Assembly (NCBI GenBank): GCA_032718475.1
Contig: JAUCBJ010008176.1
Coordinates: 21,263 to 85,262 of the forward strand
Reading direction: 5' to 3'
DNA length: 64,000 bases
Origin: Nemertoderma westbladi
Taxonomy: Eukaryota; Animalia; Xenacoelomorpha
The translations under genes and the position numbers were made by a program. This document shows positions 35,991 through 49,000 of the stretch, one piece after another. Position 1 is the first letter of the stretch; every line of letters starts with the position of its first letter. The notes under the pieces are model-generated. The model saw nothing but the letters and a program-made list of their open reading frames with translations, had not been told where the DNA came from and made no database searches.

Positions 35991-38461
35991 TAATAATAAC
36001 CACTCATTCACCCGATATGAAACCACTCATTCACCCATAACACCCATAATATATTACAATAGCTTATCATCAACGTCAGAATTAATTGTGCAGCAATCTG
36101 TAAAGTTCTACTTTTCACTTTCATGTTTCGGTATTACGAGGGTAGGGCCTTTCAGGATTTACCAGTGCGCTGATAAAGTTGACAACTATGTCAACAGAAA
36201 AACACAGACATAAACTAACCTTAGATAATCTTGAGAATATCACTGGTAGTTGAGTTCCATCAGCCGGTAGGTGGTGCTGTGCAATCCGTAGGTCTATTTC
36301 CTACATTCGGATTTAGCGAAAGACTTGTCAGCAACGGTGTCTTGGATACAGTACAACTTATGGGCAGTTAGTGTTCGAAACGGATGGTTTATTTCAATCG
36401 TATGTATTTGGTCAGTTATATTCAACATTGAAACACAAGTCAAATAGGCATACACCGGTAAGTACTGTCTATTTGCTGCTACTTTTCATGTTGTCTTGAC
36501 CTACGGTACAGAAATTGATTGCGTATTTCTTTAGATGTATTTCAATATATAGGTATAGGAAGGAATTATTCTATGGAGATTAAGAAGGAGATTGAGTGAA
36601 AAGTTGAATAATAGCATAAATATGTTACACTTCACTTGGTAGGGGAAAGAAACATAACAACAAATATATAGCCCGCCGGGGCTATAAAGGAAACTAGCCA
36701 GGTCGCTAATTTATAGCTAAATAAGTAATGGGTTTCCTCTGGGGAGTAAAGTTCTGGGGGGCTGCAGGATACCTCCCCCCAGAACTATGCGATTTTGTAC
36801 GTATTCCCTGTCCCGACGGCCGAAGAAAACTTTAATTTACTTTTTCCAGCCTCATCAGCACAGGGAAATCAAATAAAGCACATTTCAAACTATAAATGCG
36901 GAATTCGGGGTTAATAATAATGTACAGTCTTGCGGTTTAATAGTTGACGTCCAGCTACAAAAAAAAACAGAAACTGTACCGGTGCTCTCTGTTTCTCGAA
37001 TTTCAACAAAGCGCCTAACGAACCTGACTATTTCCAAACCCATTCCTTTCACAAGTTTAAAGGAGCCACATGTTAACCCTTACACAGTAATAACCTTACT
37101 TAACAATAATAGAGTTACATTAAAATTATATATTTATATACATGACGCAGCGTGATAATTCCGCGCAATTCTACTGTAAAATTGACATAATTTGCTTTAA
37201 AATATTAATTAATCGTTCTCACTCCTCAGAACAGGCCTATCTAAGTGCCTAGTTATAAAAAACCTGTATTTATCATTTTATGTACATTCGTATCCAATTC
37301 CTTTGCTTTATATAAAACCTTGAAAGGTAGAACAAGACACAAGTAGTACTTGCCAAGGCATTGCTTGTGATAGCTGGCCCGTCATTGGCTACATTTCTCA
37401 GCTGAATTTGTTTACAATTTAATTATCCTTGCCACAGCCAGCCACCGCCATTGGGATAACCGGGAGGACATTGCTTATTTGACCGGAATATAAAAGGTGA
37501 AGGGTAGAAATAGTACAGCTTATTGTGTCTGCATATTGAATATTCATGAAAATTACTAGAATCAATGCTGCTACTGGTTAACATATCGATGTACACCTCA
37601 GAAACTTTTATATTTTACTGCAGATAATTATGTAATTAAAATATAGCTAAATAGACATTGCTACCTCCAACATAATGGTCTGCACCAGGGAATATAGATC
37701 GAGGGTCCAATTAAATACAATTTGCCAATGCCAGTTAAAAGGCTCAGCTGTGTTTCCAGGACGACTCAATTCTAGGAGTGACATTGCCAGAAACTTCCCA
37801 TGCTGGTATAAGTTGTACATACATATTCCGAGAAAGCTGCTTTAGATGGCTGATTAATCAGAAATATACCATATTTTCCCGAAACCGTATGAGAGATCTT
37901 TTGGCTCCGCCAGTACATTATAATTGCAGTTGGTTAGTGCGAGGTTGGGGATATTAAATTTTCGTGTGTTTAATAATTATTGGAGATTGAGCTGGGTATG
38001 AACCCTTTTGGAAATGGTACCTCTTGAACTGCATGGAACACATGGGGGATGGGATGGTTCAATATTGTTAGTTAGCTAGTTAGTCGGATTTTGTATTCTT
38101 TGAGGTTAATGACCCCTCTTGAGATTGTGAAATGAATTCAAATAACCCTGTGCAATCTACTACTTATTAATTTATCAAGAGCTAAGAACACACAACTACA
38201 CCTCCGAAGGCTAATTAGAGTGATAGAGCAGCGTGTTGCCATATGAATGTTATATAGGCCAACTGCGTCTGCGGGCGTTACGTTGCGAGAAATATATAAT
38301 GCAGAAATAATAATAAATAGATAATAATACGATAAATCTGCTTTATGTCGTTGGTTCTATTCAGTTTCAGGTTTATATAACTGACAGCAACGATACAGCC
38401 TGTACTTTTGGTGATATATTATTATGTTGTAATGTCCCAACAGAGCGACTTTGCAGCGCAT

Positions 38462-38527
38462 CCGTTCAATGCAAGTGAACCTGAAACTATAGCTATTCGT
38501 AGTTTCAGGTTCACTTGCATTGAACGG
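38462..38527. repeat. Perfect 28-bp-stem hairpin with a 10-nt loop
   Basis: CCGTTCAATGCAAGTGAACCTGAAACTA - TAGCTATTCG - TAGTTTCAGGTTCACTTGCATTGAACGG. Confidence 0.92.
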
Positions 38528-39333
38528 TTACCACATAAACAATAATTGGTATTTATTATTAATTGCCTGATAGCCAGGTAGGCATACTATATTACCTACC
38601 GGTAGCTATTAATAACCAGTAGCTACCTATAGTATTAACATGGCTCCACGCCACTATAAACATAAGCTAACTTATTTATAACATAATTTATGTCATTTTT
38701 ACATTTATTTATAAAGCAACTAATATAATTTGTGCAGTTTCTATCACTTATAATATATATACAATATTTCGTAATGTTACAAATTTTGGAATAAAACTAC
38801 ATACATACTTGTTGCAAAGTACTTTACAGTGTTCTGGTCCTCGTGGCTTTATTTTCACTCACTCACTAACGTTCGTTCGTGTAAGAAAACACTCGGATCA
38901 GCACACTGTAAATTGCCACTTTACACACAAGTATGTAATTATTACATACTTGTTTGTAAAGTAGCACTTTACAGTGTGTGTATTTCTGTGCAATGTAAAT
39001 AGTTATTACAAAAAATACCAAACTAAGAAGGACCTGCGTTATTATATTCACCTACATTTATAAATTCTCATTCACCTTATATTCACCCTGTAAGGAGAAA
39101 CCCCTAGATGCAACTGAAGTTGCAGATCAATAGAAGATCCTTGTAACATTATCGAACATTATAACAGCTGCACGAATAATGCTGTAGACTACCCCGAAGG
39201 ATCGAGTTGTGACCAAATCGATAGACTCTCCAGTTAACATGGGGTGCAGCCACACTCCAGGAAATATCAGGAAACAAATAATCTTGTTTTAATCAAGAAA
39301 AGCAATATTAACGAAAAAATAAATAAACCCATA

Positions 39334-40095
39334 TTACGTTTCGATATATTACAAAATAATCATCTTCAGCCAATTATTTAAAATACAAACTCAAAATGTA
39401 AAATATTATACAATATATTAATAAGTAATTAAACAGGACTAAGGATGATCCAACTCTATAGTCTATAAAGTCTAGAAAATGAGGAAAAAATTATACAATA
39501 TATATTATATATACATAACCCTAGAGATGTTAATAAATAGTATAAATTGAGCATTTGAGTAATGGTTGTACAGTACAGTTAGGACATTGATAGACACATG
39601 GAAACTATTTATTCTAGCATACGGTATAAATTGCTTAAATTGAATTAGAAGATTGAAAAATAAACTGCGAAAAAATATATGATTACCAGAATATTTTAGG
39701 AATATTCAGTAGAGAGTTTACCTAAAAAAAAATGCATTAAGTAATCTGTAGGAACAACTACAGTAAGGGAGGGGCTTAGAAATTATACAGTATACATACT
39801 TAGAACACGTGTAGAGGAAAAGAGGTACCTTGAACGTTAAGAGTTGGTCGATGCATAGCAATTAGTAAACTTTATTTAATGAGAAGGTCGTAGTTAGTAG
39901 GTGCATGAGCGAGGGACGTAAAGTCTTCTATAGAGAAGGGATGGTCGGCCTCTGTGGCATGTACCCGCACAGTAGAGTGTTTAGGGGCCACTGTTTTCCC
40001 GGTTCGTGGAGATAGACCTAAGTGCTCACAGATTCTGACCTTAAAATATATAGTATCATCGCAGATGATACTTACATCAATTATATATATAAGAT
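39334..40095 (-). mobile_element. Penelope-like retroelement 3' remnant (C-terminal GIY-YIG endonuclease region, 3' UTR, hammerhead-like core)
   Basis: FKVRICEHLGLSPRTGK...HPFSIEDFTSL...YDLLIK*SLLIAMHRPTLNVQGTSFPLHVF* (ends 39800), typical of PLE endonuclease tails, with the conserved E replaced by a stop. CTGAAGA...CGAAACGT lies downstream. Confidence 0.82.
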
Positions 40096-40096
40096 T

Positions 40097-43000
40097 TCCA
40101 TCTTGCACGAGCTCTCGCGCCACATCCCACGGGTTCCATCATCTCAGCTGTATGAACACCTCCATCTTCCACGATCACTCGCGCCACATCCCACGGGTTC
40201 CATCATCTCAGCTGTATGAACACCTCCATCTTCCACGATCACTCGCGCCACATCCCACGGATTTCATCATCTCAGCTGTATGAACACCTCCATCTTGCAC
40301 GAGCTCTCGCGCCACATCCCACGGGTTGCATCATCTCAGCTGTATGAACACCTCCATCTTCCACGATCACTCGCGCCACATCCCACGGGTTCCATCATCT
40401 CAGCTGTATGAACACCTCCATCTTCCACGATCACTCGCGCCACATCCCACGGATTTCATCATCTCAGCTGTATGAACACCTCCATCTTGCACGAGCTCTC
40501 GCGCCACATCCCACGGGTTGCATCATCTCAGCTGTATGAACACCTCAATCTTCTACGATCACTCGCGCCACATCCCACGGGTTCCATCATCTCAGCTGTA
40601 TGAACACCTCCATCTTCCACGATCACTCGCGCCACATCCCACGGATTTCATCATCTCAGCTGTATGAACACCTCCATCTTGCACGAGCTCTCGCGCCACA
40701 TCCCACGGGTTGCATCATCTCAGCTGTATGAACACCTCCATCTTCCACGATCACTCGCGCCACATCCCACGGGTTCCATCATCTCAGCTGTATGAACACC
40801 TCCATCTTCCACGATCACTCGCGCCACATCCCACGGTTCCATCATCTCAGCTGTATGAACACCTCCCTCTTCCACGATCACTCGCGCCACATCCCACGGG
40901 TTCCATCATCTCAACTGTATGAACACCTCCATCTTCCACGAGCTCTCGCGCCACATCCCACGGGTTCCATCATCTCAGCTGTATGAACACCTCCATCTTC
41001 CACGAGCTCTCCCGCCACATCCCACGGGTTCCATCATCTCAGCTGTATGAACACCTCCATCTTCCACGATCACTCGCGCCACATCCCACGGGTTCCATCA
41101 TCTCAGCTGTATGAACACCTCCATCTTCCATGATCACTCGCGCCACATCCCACGGATTTCATCATCTCAGCTGTATGAACACCTCCATCTTGCACGAGCT
41201 CTCGCGCCACATCCCACGGGTTGCATCATCTCAGCTGTATGAACACCTCCATCTTCCACGATCACTCGCGCCACATCCCACGGGTTCCATCATCTCAGCT
41301 GTATGAACACCTCCATCTTCCACGATCACTCGCGCCACATCCCACGGGTTCCATCATCTCAGCTGTATGAACACCTCCATCTTCCACGATCACTCGCGCC
41401 ACATCCCACGGGTTCCATCATCTCAACTGTATGAACACCTCCATCTTCCACGAGCTCTCGCGCCACATCCCACGGGTTCCATCATCTCAGCTGTATGAAC
41501 ACCTCCATCTTCCACGAGCTCTCCCGCCACATCCCACGGGTTCCATCATCTCAGCTGTATGAACACCTTCATCTTCCACGATCACTCGCGCCACATCCCA
41601 CGGGTTCCATCATCTCAGCTGTATGAACACCTCCATCGTCCATGATCACTCGCGCCACATCCCACGGGTTCCATCATCTCAGCTGTATGAACACCTCCAT
41701 CTTCCACGAGCTCTCGCGCCACATCCCACGGGTTCCATCATCTCAGCTGTATGAACACCTCCATCTTCCACGATCACTCGCGCCACATCCCACGGATTTC
41801 ATCATCTCAGCTGTATGAACACCTCCATCTTGCACGAGCTCTCGCGCCACATCCCACGGGTTGCATCATCTCAGCTGTATGAACACCTCCATCTTCCACG
41901 ATCACTCGCGCCACATCCCACGGGTTCCATCATCTCAGCTGTATGAACACCTCCATCTTCCATGATCACTCGCGCCACATCCCACGGATTTCATCATCTC
42001 AGCTGTATGAACACCTCCATCTTGCACGAGCTCTCGCGCCACATCCCACGGGTTGCATCATCTCAGCTGTATGAACACCTCCATCTTCCACGATCACTCG
42101 CGCCACATCCCACGGGTTCCATCATCTCAGCTGTATGAACACCTCCATCTTCCACGATCACTCGCGCCACATCCCACGGGTTCCATCATCTCAGCTGTAT
42201 GAACACCTCCATCTTCCACGATCACTCGCGCCACATCCCACGGGTTCCATCATCTCAACTGTATGAACACCTCCATCTTCCACGAGCTCTCGCGCCACAT
42301 CCCACGGGTTCCATCATCTTAGCTGTATGAACACCTCCATCTTCCACGAGCTCTCCCGCCACATCCCACGGGTTCCATCATCTCAGCTGTATGAACACCT
42401 TCATCTTCCACGATCACTCGCACCACATCCCACGGGTTCCATCATCTCAGCTGTATGAACACCTCCATCGTCCATGATCACTCGCGCCACATCCCACGGG
42501 TTCCATCATCTCAGCTGTATGAACACCTCCATCTTCCACGAGCTCTCGCGCCACATCCCACGAGTTCCATCATCTCAGCTGTATGAACACCTCCATCTCC
42601 CACGAGCTCTCCCGCCACATCCCACGGGTTCCATCATCTCAGCTGTATGAATACCTCCATCTTCCACGATCACTCGCGCCACATCCCACGGGTTCCATCA
42701 TCTCAGCTGTATGAGCACCTCCATCTTCCACGAGCTCTCGCGCCACATCCCACGGGTTCCATCATCTCAGCTGTATGAACACCTCCATCTTCCACGAGCT
42801 CTCGCGCCACATCCCACGAGTTCCATCATCTCAGCTGTATGAACACCTCCATCTTCCACGAGCTCTCCCGCCACATCCCACGGGTTCCATCATCTCAGCT
42901 GTATGAACACCTCCACCTTCCACGAGCTCTCGCGCCACATCCCACGGGTTCCATCATCTCAGCTGTATGAACACCTCCATCTTCCACGAGCTCTCGCGCC

Positions 43001-46000
43001 ACATCCCACGGGTTCCATCATCTCAGCTGTATGAACACCTCCATCTTCCACGATCACTCGCGCCACATCCCACGGATTTCATCATCTCAGCTGTATGAAC
43101 ACCTCCATCTTGCACGAGCTCTCGCGCCACATCCCACGGGTTGCATCATCTCAGCTGTATGAACACCTCCATCTTCTACGATCACTCGCGCCACATCCCA
43201 CGGGTTCCATCATCTCAGCTGTATGAACACCTCCATCTTCCACGAGCTCTCGCGCCACATCCCACGGGTTCCATCATCTCAGCTGTATGAACACCTCCAT
43301 CTTCCACGATCACTCGCGCCACATCCCACGGATTTCATCATCTCAGCTGTATGAACACCTCCATCTTGCACGAGCTCTCGCGCCACATCCCACGGGTTGC
43401 ATCATCTCAGCTGTATGAACACCTCCATCTTCCACGATCACTCGCGCCACATCCCACGGGTTCCATCATCTCAGCTGTATGAACACCTCCATCTTCCACG
43501 ATCACTCGCGCCACATCCCACGGTTCCATCATCTCAGCTGTATGAACACCTCCCTCTTCCACGATCACTCGCGCCACATCCCACGGGTTCCATCATCTCA
43601 ACTGTATGAACACCTCCATCTTCCACGAGCTCTCGCGCCACATCCCACGGGTTCCATCATCTCAGCTGTATGAACACCTCCATCTTCCACGAGCTCTCCC
43701 GCCACATCCCACGGGTTCCATCATCTCAGCTGTATGAACACCTCCATCTTCCACGATCACTCGCGCCACATCCCACGGGTTCCATCATCTCAGCTGTATG
43801 AACACCTCCATCTTCCATGATCACTCGCGCCACATCCCACGGATTTCATCATCTCAGCTGTATGAACACCTCCATCTTGCACGAGCTCTCGCGCCACATC
43901 CCACGGGTTGCATCATCTCAGCTGTATGAACACCTCCATCTTCCACGATCACTCGCGCCACATCCCACGGGTTCCATCATCTCAGCTGTATGAACACCTC
44001 CATCTTCCACGATCACTCGCGCCACATCCCACGGGTTCCATCATCTCAGCTGTATGAACACCTCCATCTTCCACGATCACTCGCGCCACATCCCACGGGT
44101 TCCATCATCTCAACTGTATGAACACCTCCATCTTCCACGAGCTCTCGCGCCACATCCCACGGGTTCCATCATCTCAGCTGTATGAACACCTCCATCTTCC
44201 ACGAGCTCTCCCGCCACATCCCACGGGTTCCATCATCTCAGCTGTATGAACACCTTCATCTTCCACGATCACTCGCGCCACATCCCACGGGTTCCATCAT
44301 CTCAGCTGTATGAACACCTCCATCGTCCATGATCACTCGCGCCACATCCCACGGGTTCCATCATCTCAGCTGTATGAACACCTCCATCTTCCACGAGCTC
44401 TCGCGCCACATCCCACGGGTTCCATCATCTCAGCTGTATGAACACCTCCATCTTCCACGATCACTCGCGCCACATCCCACGGATTTCATCATCTCAGCTG
44501 TATGAACACCTCCATCTTGCACGAGCTCTCGCGCCACATCCCACGGGTTGCATCATCTCAGCTGTATGAACACCTCCATCTTCCACGATCACTCGCGCCA
44601 CATCCCACGGGTTCCATCATCTCAGCTGTATGAACACCTCCATCTTCCATGATCACTCGCGCCACATCCCACGGATTTCATCATCTCAGCTGTATGAACA
44701 CCTCCATCTTGCACGAGCTCTCGCGCCACATCCCACGGGTTGCATCATCTCAGCTGTATGAACACCTCCATCTTCCACGATCACTCGCGCCACATCCCAC
44801 GGGTTCCATCATCTCAGCTGTATGAACACCTCCATCTTCCACGATCACTCGCGCCACATCCCACGGGTTCCATCATCTCAGCTGTATGAACACCTCCATC
44901 TTCCACGATCACTCGCGCCACATCCCACGGGTTCCATCATCTCAACTGTATGAACACCTCCATCTTCCACGAGCTCTCGCGCCACATCCCACGGGTTCCA
45001 TCATCTTAGCTGTATGAACACCTCCATCTTCCACGAGCTCTCCCGCCACATCCCACGGGTTCCATCATCTCAGCTGTATGAACACCTTCATCTTCCACGA
45101 TCACTCGCACCACATCCCACGGGTTCCATCATCTCAGCTGTATGAACACCTCCATCGTCCATGATCACTCGCGCCACATCCCACGGGTTCCATCATCTCA
45201 GCTGTATGAACACCTCCATCTTCCACGAGCTCTCGCGCCACATCCCACGAGTTCCATCATCTCAGCTGTATGAACACCTCCATCTCCCACGAGCTCTCCC
45301 GCCACATCCCACGGGTTCCATCATCTCAGCTGTATGAATACCTCCATCTTCCACGATCACTCGCGCCACATCCCACGGGTTCCATCATCTCAGCTGTATG
45401 AGCACCTCCATCTTCCACGAGCTCTCGCGCCACATCCCACGGGTTCCATCATCTCAGCTGTATGAACACCTCCATCTTCCACGAGCTCTCGCGCCACATC
45501 CCACGAGTTCCATCATCTCAGCTGTATGAACACCTCCATCTTCCACGAGCTCTCCCGCCACATCCCACGGGTTCCATCATCTCAGCTGTATGAACACCTC
45601 CACCTTCCACGAGCTCTCGCGCCACATCCCACGGGTTCCATCATCTCAGCTGTATGAACACCTCCATCTTCCACGAGCTCTCGCGCCACATCCCACGAGT
45701 TCCATCATCTCAGCTGTATGAACACCTCCATCTTCCACGAGCTCTCCCGCCACATCCCACGGGTTCCATCATCTCAGCTGTATGAACACCTCCACCTTCC
45801 ACGAGCTCTCGCGCCACATTCCACGGGTTCCATCATCTCAGCTGTATGAACACCTCCATCTTCCACGAGCTCTCGCGCCACATCCCACGGGTTCCATCAT
45901 CTCAGCTGTATGAACACCTCCATCTTCCACGAGCTCTCCCGCCACATCCCACGGGTTCCATCATCTCAGCTGTATGAACACCTCCACCTTCCACGAGCTC

Positions 46001-49000
46001 TCGCGCCACATCCCACGGGTTCCATCATCTCGGCTGTATGAACACCTCCATCTTCCACGAGCTCTCGCGCCACATCCCATGGGTTCCATCATCTCAGCTG
46101 TATGAACACCTCCATCTTCCACGAGCTTTCCCGCCACATCCCACGGGTTCCATCATCTCAGCTGTATGAACACCTCCATCTTGCACGAGCTCTCGCGCCA
46201 CATCCCACGGGTTGCATCATCTCAGCTGTATGAACACCTCCATCTTCCACGATCACTCGCGCCACATCCCACGGGTTCCATCATCTCAGCTGTATGAACA
46301 CCTCCATCTTCCACGATCACTCGCGCCACATCCCACGGATTTCATCATCTCAGCTGTATGAACACCTCCATCTTGCACGAGCTCTCGCGCCACATCCCAC
46401 GGGTTGCATCATCTCAGCTGTATGAACACCTCCATCTTCCACGATCACTCGCGCCACATCCCACGGGTTCCATCATCTCAGCTGTATGAACACCTCCATC
46501 TTCCACGATCACTCGCGCCACATCCCACGGATTTCATCATCTCAGCTGTATGAACACCTCCATCTTGCACGAGCTCTCGCGCCACATCCCACGGGTTGCA
46601 TCATCTCAGCTGTATGAACACCTCCATCTTCCACGATCAGTCGCGCCACATCCCACGGGTTCCATCATCTCAGCTGTATGAACACCTCCATCTTCCACGA
46701 TCACTCGCGCCACATCCCACGGGTTCCATCATCTCAGCTGTATGAACACCTCCATCTTCCACGAGCTCCCCCGCCACATCCCACGGGTTCCATCATCTCA
46801 GCTGTATGAACACCTCCATCTTCCACGATCACTCCCGCCACATCCCACGGGTTCCATCATCTCAGCTGTATGAACACCTCCATCTTCCACGATCACTCGC
46901 GCCACATCCCACGGTTCCATCATCTCAGCTGTATGAACACCTCCCTCTTCCACGATCACTCGCGCCACATCCCACGGGTTCCATCATCTCAACTGTATGA
47001 ACACCTCCATCTTCCACGAGCTCTCGCGCCACATCCCACGGGTTCCATCATCTCAGCTGTATGAACACCTCCATCTTCCACGAGCTCTCCCGCCACATCC
47101 CACGGGTTCCATCATCTCAGCTGTATGAACACCTCCATCTTCCACGATCACTCGCGCCACATCCCACGGGTTCCATCATCTCAGCTGTATGAACACCTCC
47201 ATCTTCCATGATCACTCGCGCCACATCCCACGGATTTCATCATCTCAGCTGTATGAACACCTCCATCTTGCACGAGCTCTCGCGCCACATCCCACGGGTT
47301 GCATCATCTCAGCTGTATGAACACCTCCATCTTCCACGATCACTCGCGCCACATCCCACGGGTTCCATCATCTCAGCTGTATGAACACCTCCATCTTCCA
47401 CGATCACTCGCGCCACATCCCACGGGTTCCATCATCTCAGCTGTATGAACACCTCCATCTTCCACGATCACTCGCGCCACATCCCACGGGTTCCATCATC
47501 TCAACTGTATGAACACCTCCATCTTCCACGAGCTCTCGCGCCACATCCCACGGGTTCCATCATCTCAGCTGTATGAACACCTCCATCTTCCACGAGCTCT
47601 CCCGCCACATCCCACGGGTTCCATCATCTCAGCTGTATGAACACCTTCATCTTCCACGATCACTCGCGCCACATCCCACGGGTTCCATCATCTCAGCTGT
47701 ATGAACACCTCCATCGTCCATGATCACTCGCGCCACATCCCACGGGTTCCATCATCTCAGCTGTATGAACACCTCCATCTTCCACGAGCTCTCGCGCCAC
47801 ATCCCACGGGTTCCATCATCTCAGCTGTATGAACACCTCCATCTTCCACGATCACTCGCGCCACATCCCACGGATTTCATCATCTCAGCTGTATGAACAC
47901 CTCCATCTTGCACGAGCTCTCGCGCCACATCCCACGGGTTGCATCATCTCAGCTGTATGAACACCTCCATCTTCCACGATCACTCGCGCCACATCCCACG
48001 GGTTCCATCATCTCAGCTGTATGAACACCTCCATCTTCCATGATCACTCGCGCCACATCCCACGGATTTCATCATCTCAGCTGTATGAACACCTCCATCT
48101 TGCACGAGCTCTCGCGCCACATCCCACGGGTTGCATCATCTCAGCTGTATGAACACCTCCATCTTCCACGATCACTCGCGCCACATCCCACGGGTTCCAT
48201 CATCTCAGCTGTATGAACACCTCCATCTTCCACGATCACTCGCGCCACATCCCACGGGTTCCATCATCTCAGCTGTATGAACACCTCCATCTTCCACGAT
48301 CACTCGCGCCACATCCCACGGGTTCCATCATCTCAACTGTATGAACACCTCCATCTTCCACGAGCTCTCGCGCCACATCCCACGGGTTCCATCATCTTAG
48401 CTGTATGAACACCTCCATCTTCCACGAGCTCTCCCGCCACATCCCACGGGTTCCATCATCTCAGCTGTATGAACACCTTCATCTTCCACGATCACTCGCA
48501 CCACATCCCACGGGTTCCATCATCTCAGCTGTATGAACACCTCCATCGTCCATGATCACTCGCGCCACATCCCACGGGTTCCATCATCTCAGCTGTATGA
48601 ACACCTCCATCTTCCACGAGCTCTCGCGCCACATCCCACGAGTTCCATCATCTCAGCTGTATGAACACCTCCATCTCCCACGAGCTCTCCCGCCACATCC
48701 CACGGGTTCCATCATCTCAGCTGTATGAATACCTCCATCTTCCACGATCACTCGCGCCACATCCCACGGGTTCCATCATCTCAGCTGTATGAGCACCTCC
48801 ATCTTCCACGAGCTCTCGCGCCACATCCCACGGGTTCCATCATCTCAGCTGTATGAACACCTCCATCTTCCACGAGCTCTCGCGCCACATCCCACGAGTT
48901 CCATCATCTCAGCTGTATGAACACCTCCATCTTCCACGAGCTCTCCCGCCACATCCCACGGGTTCCATCATCTCAGCTGTATGAACACCTCCACCTTCCA

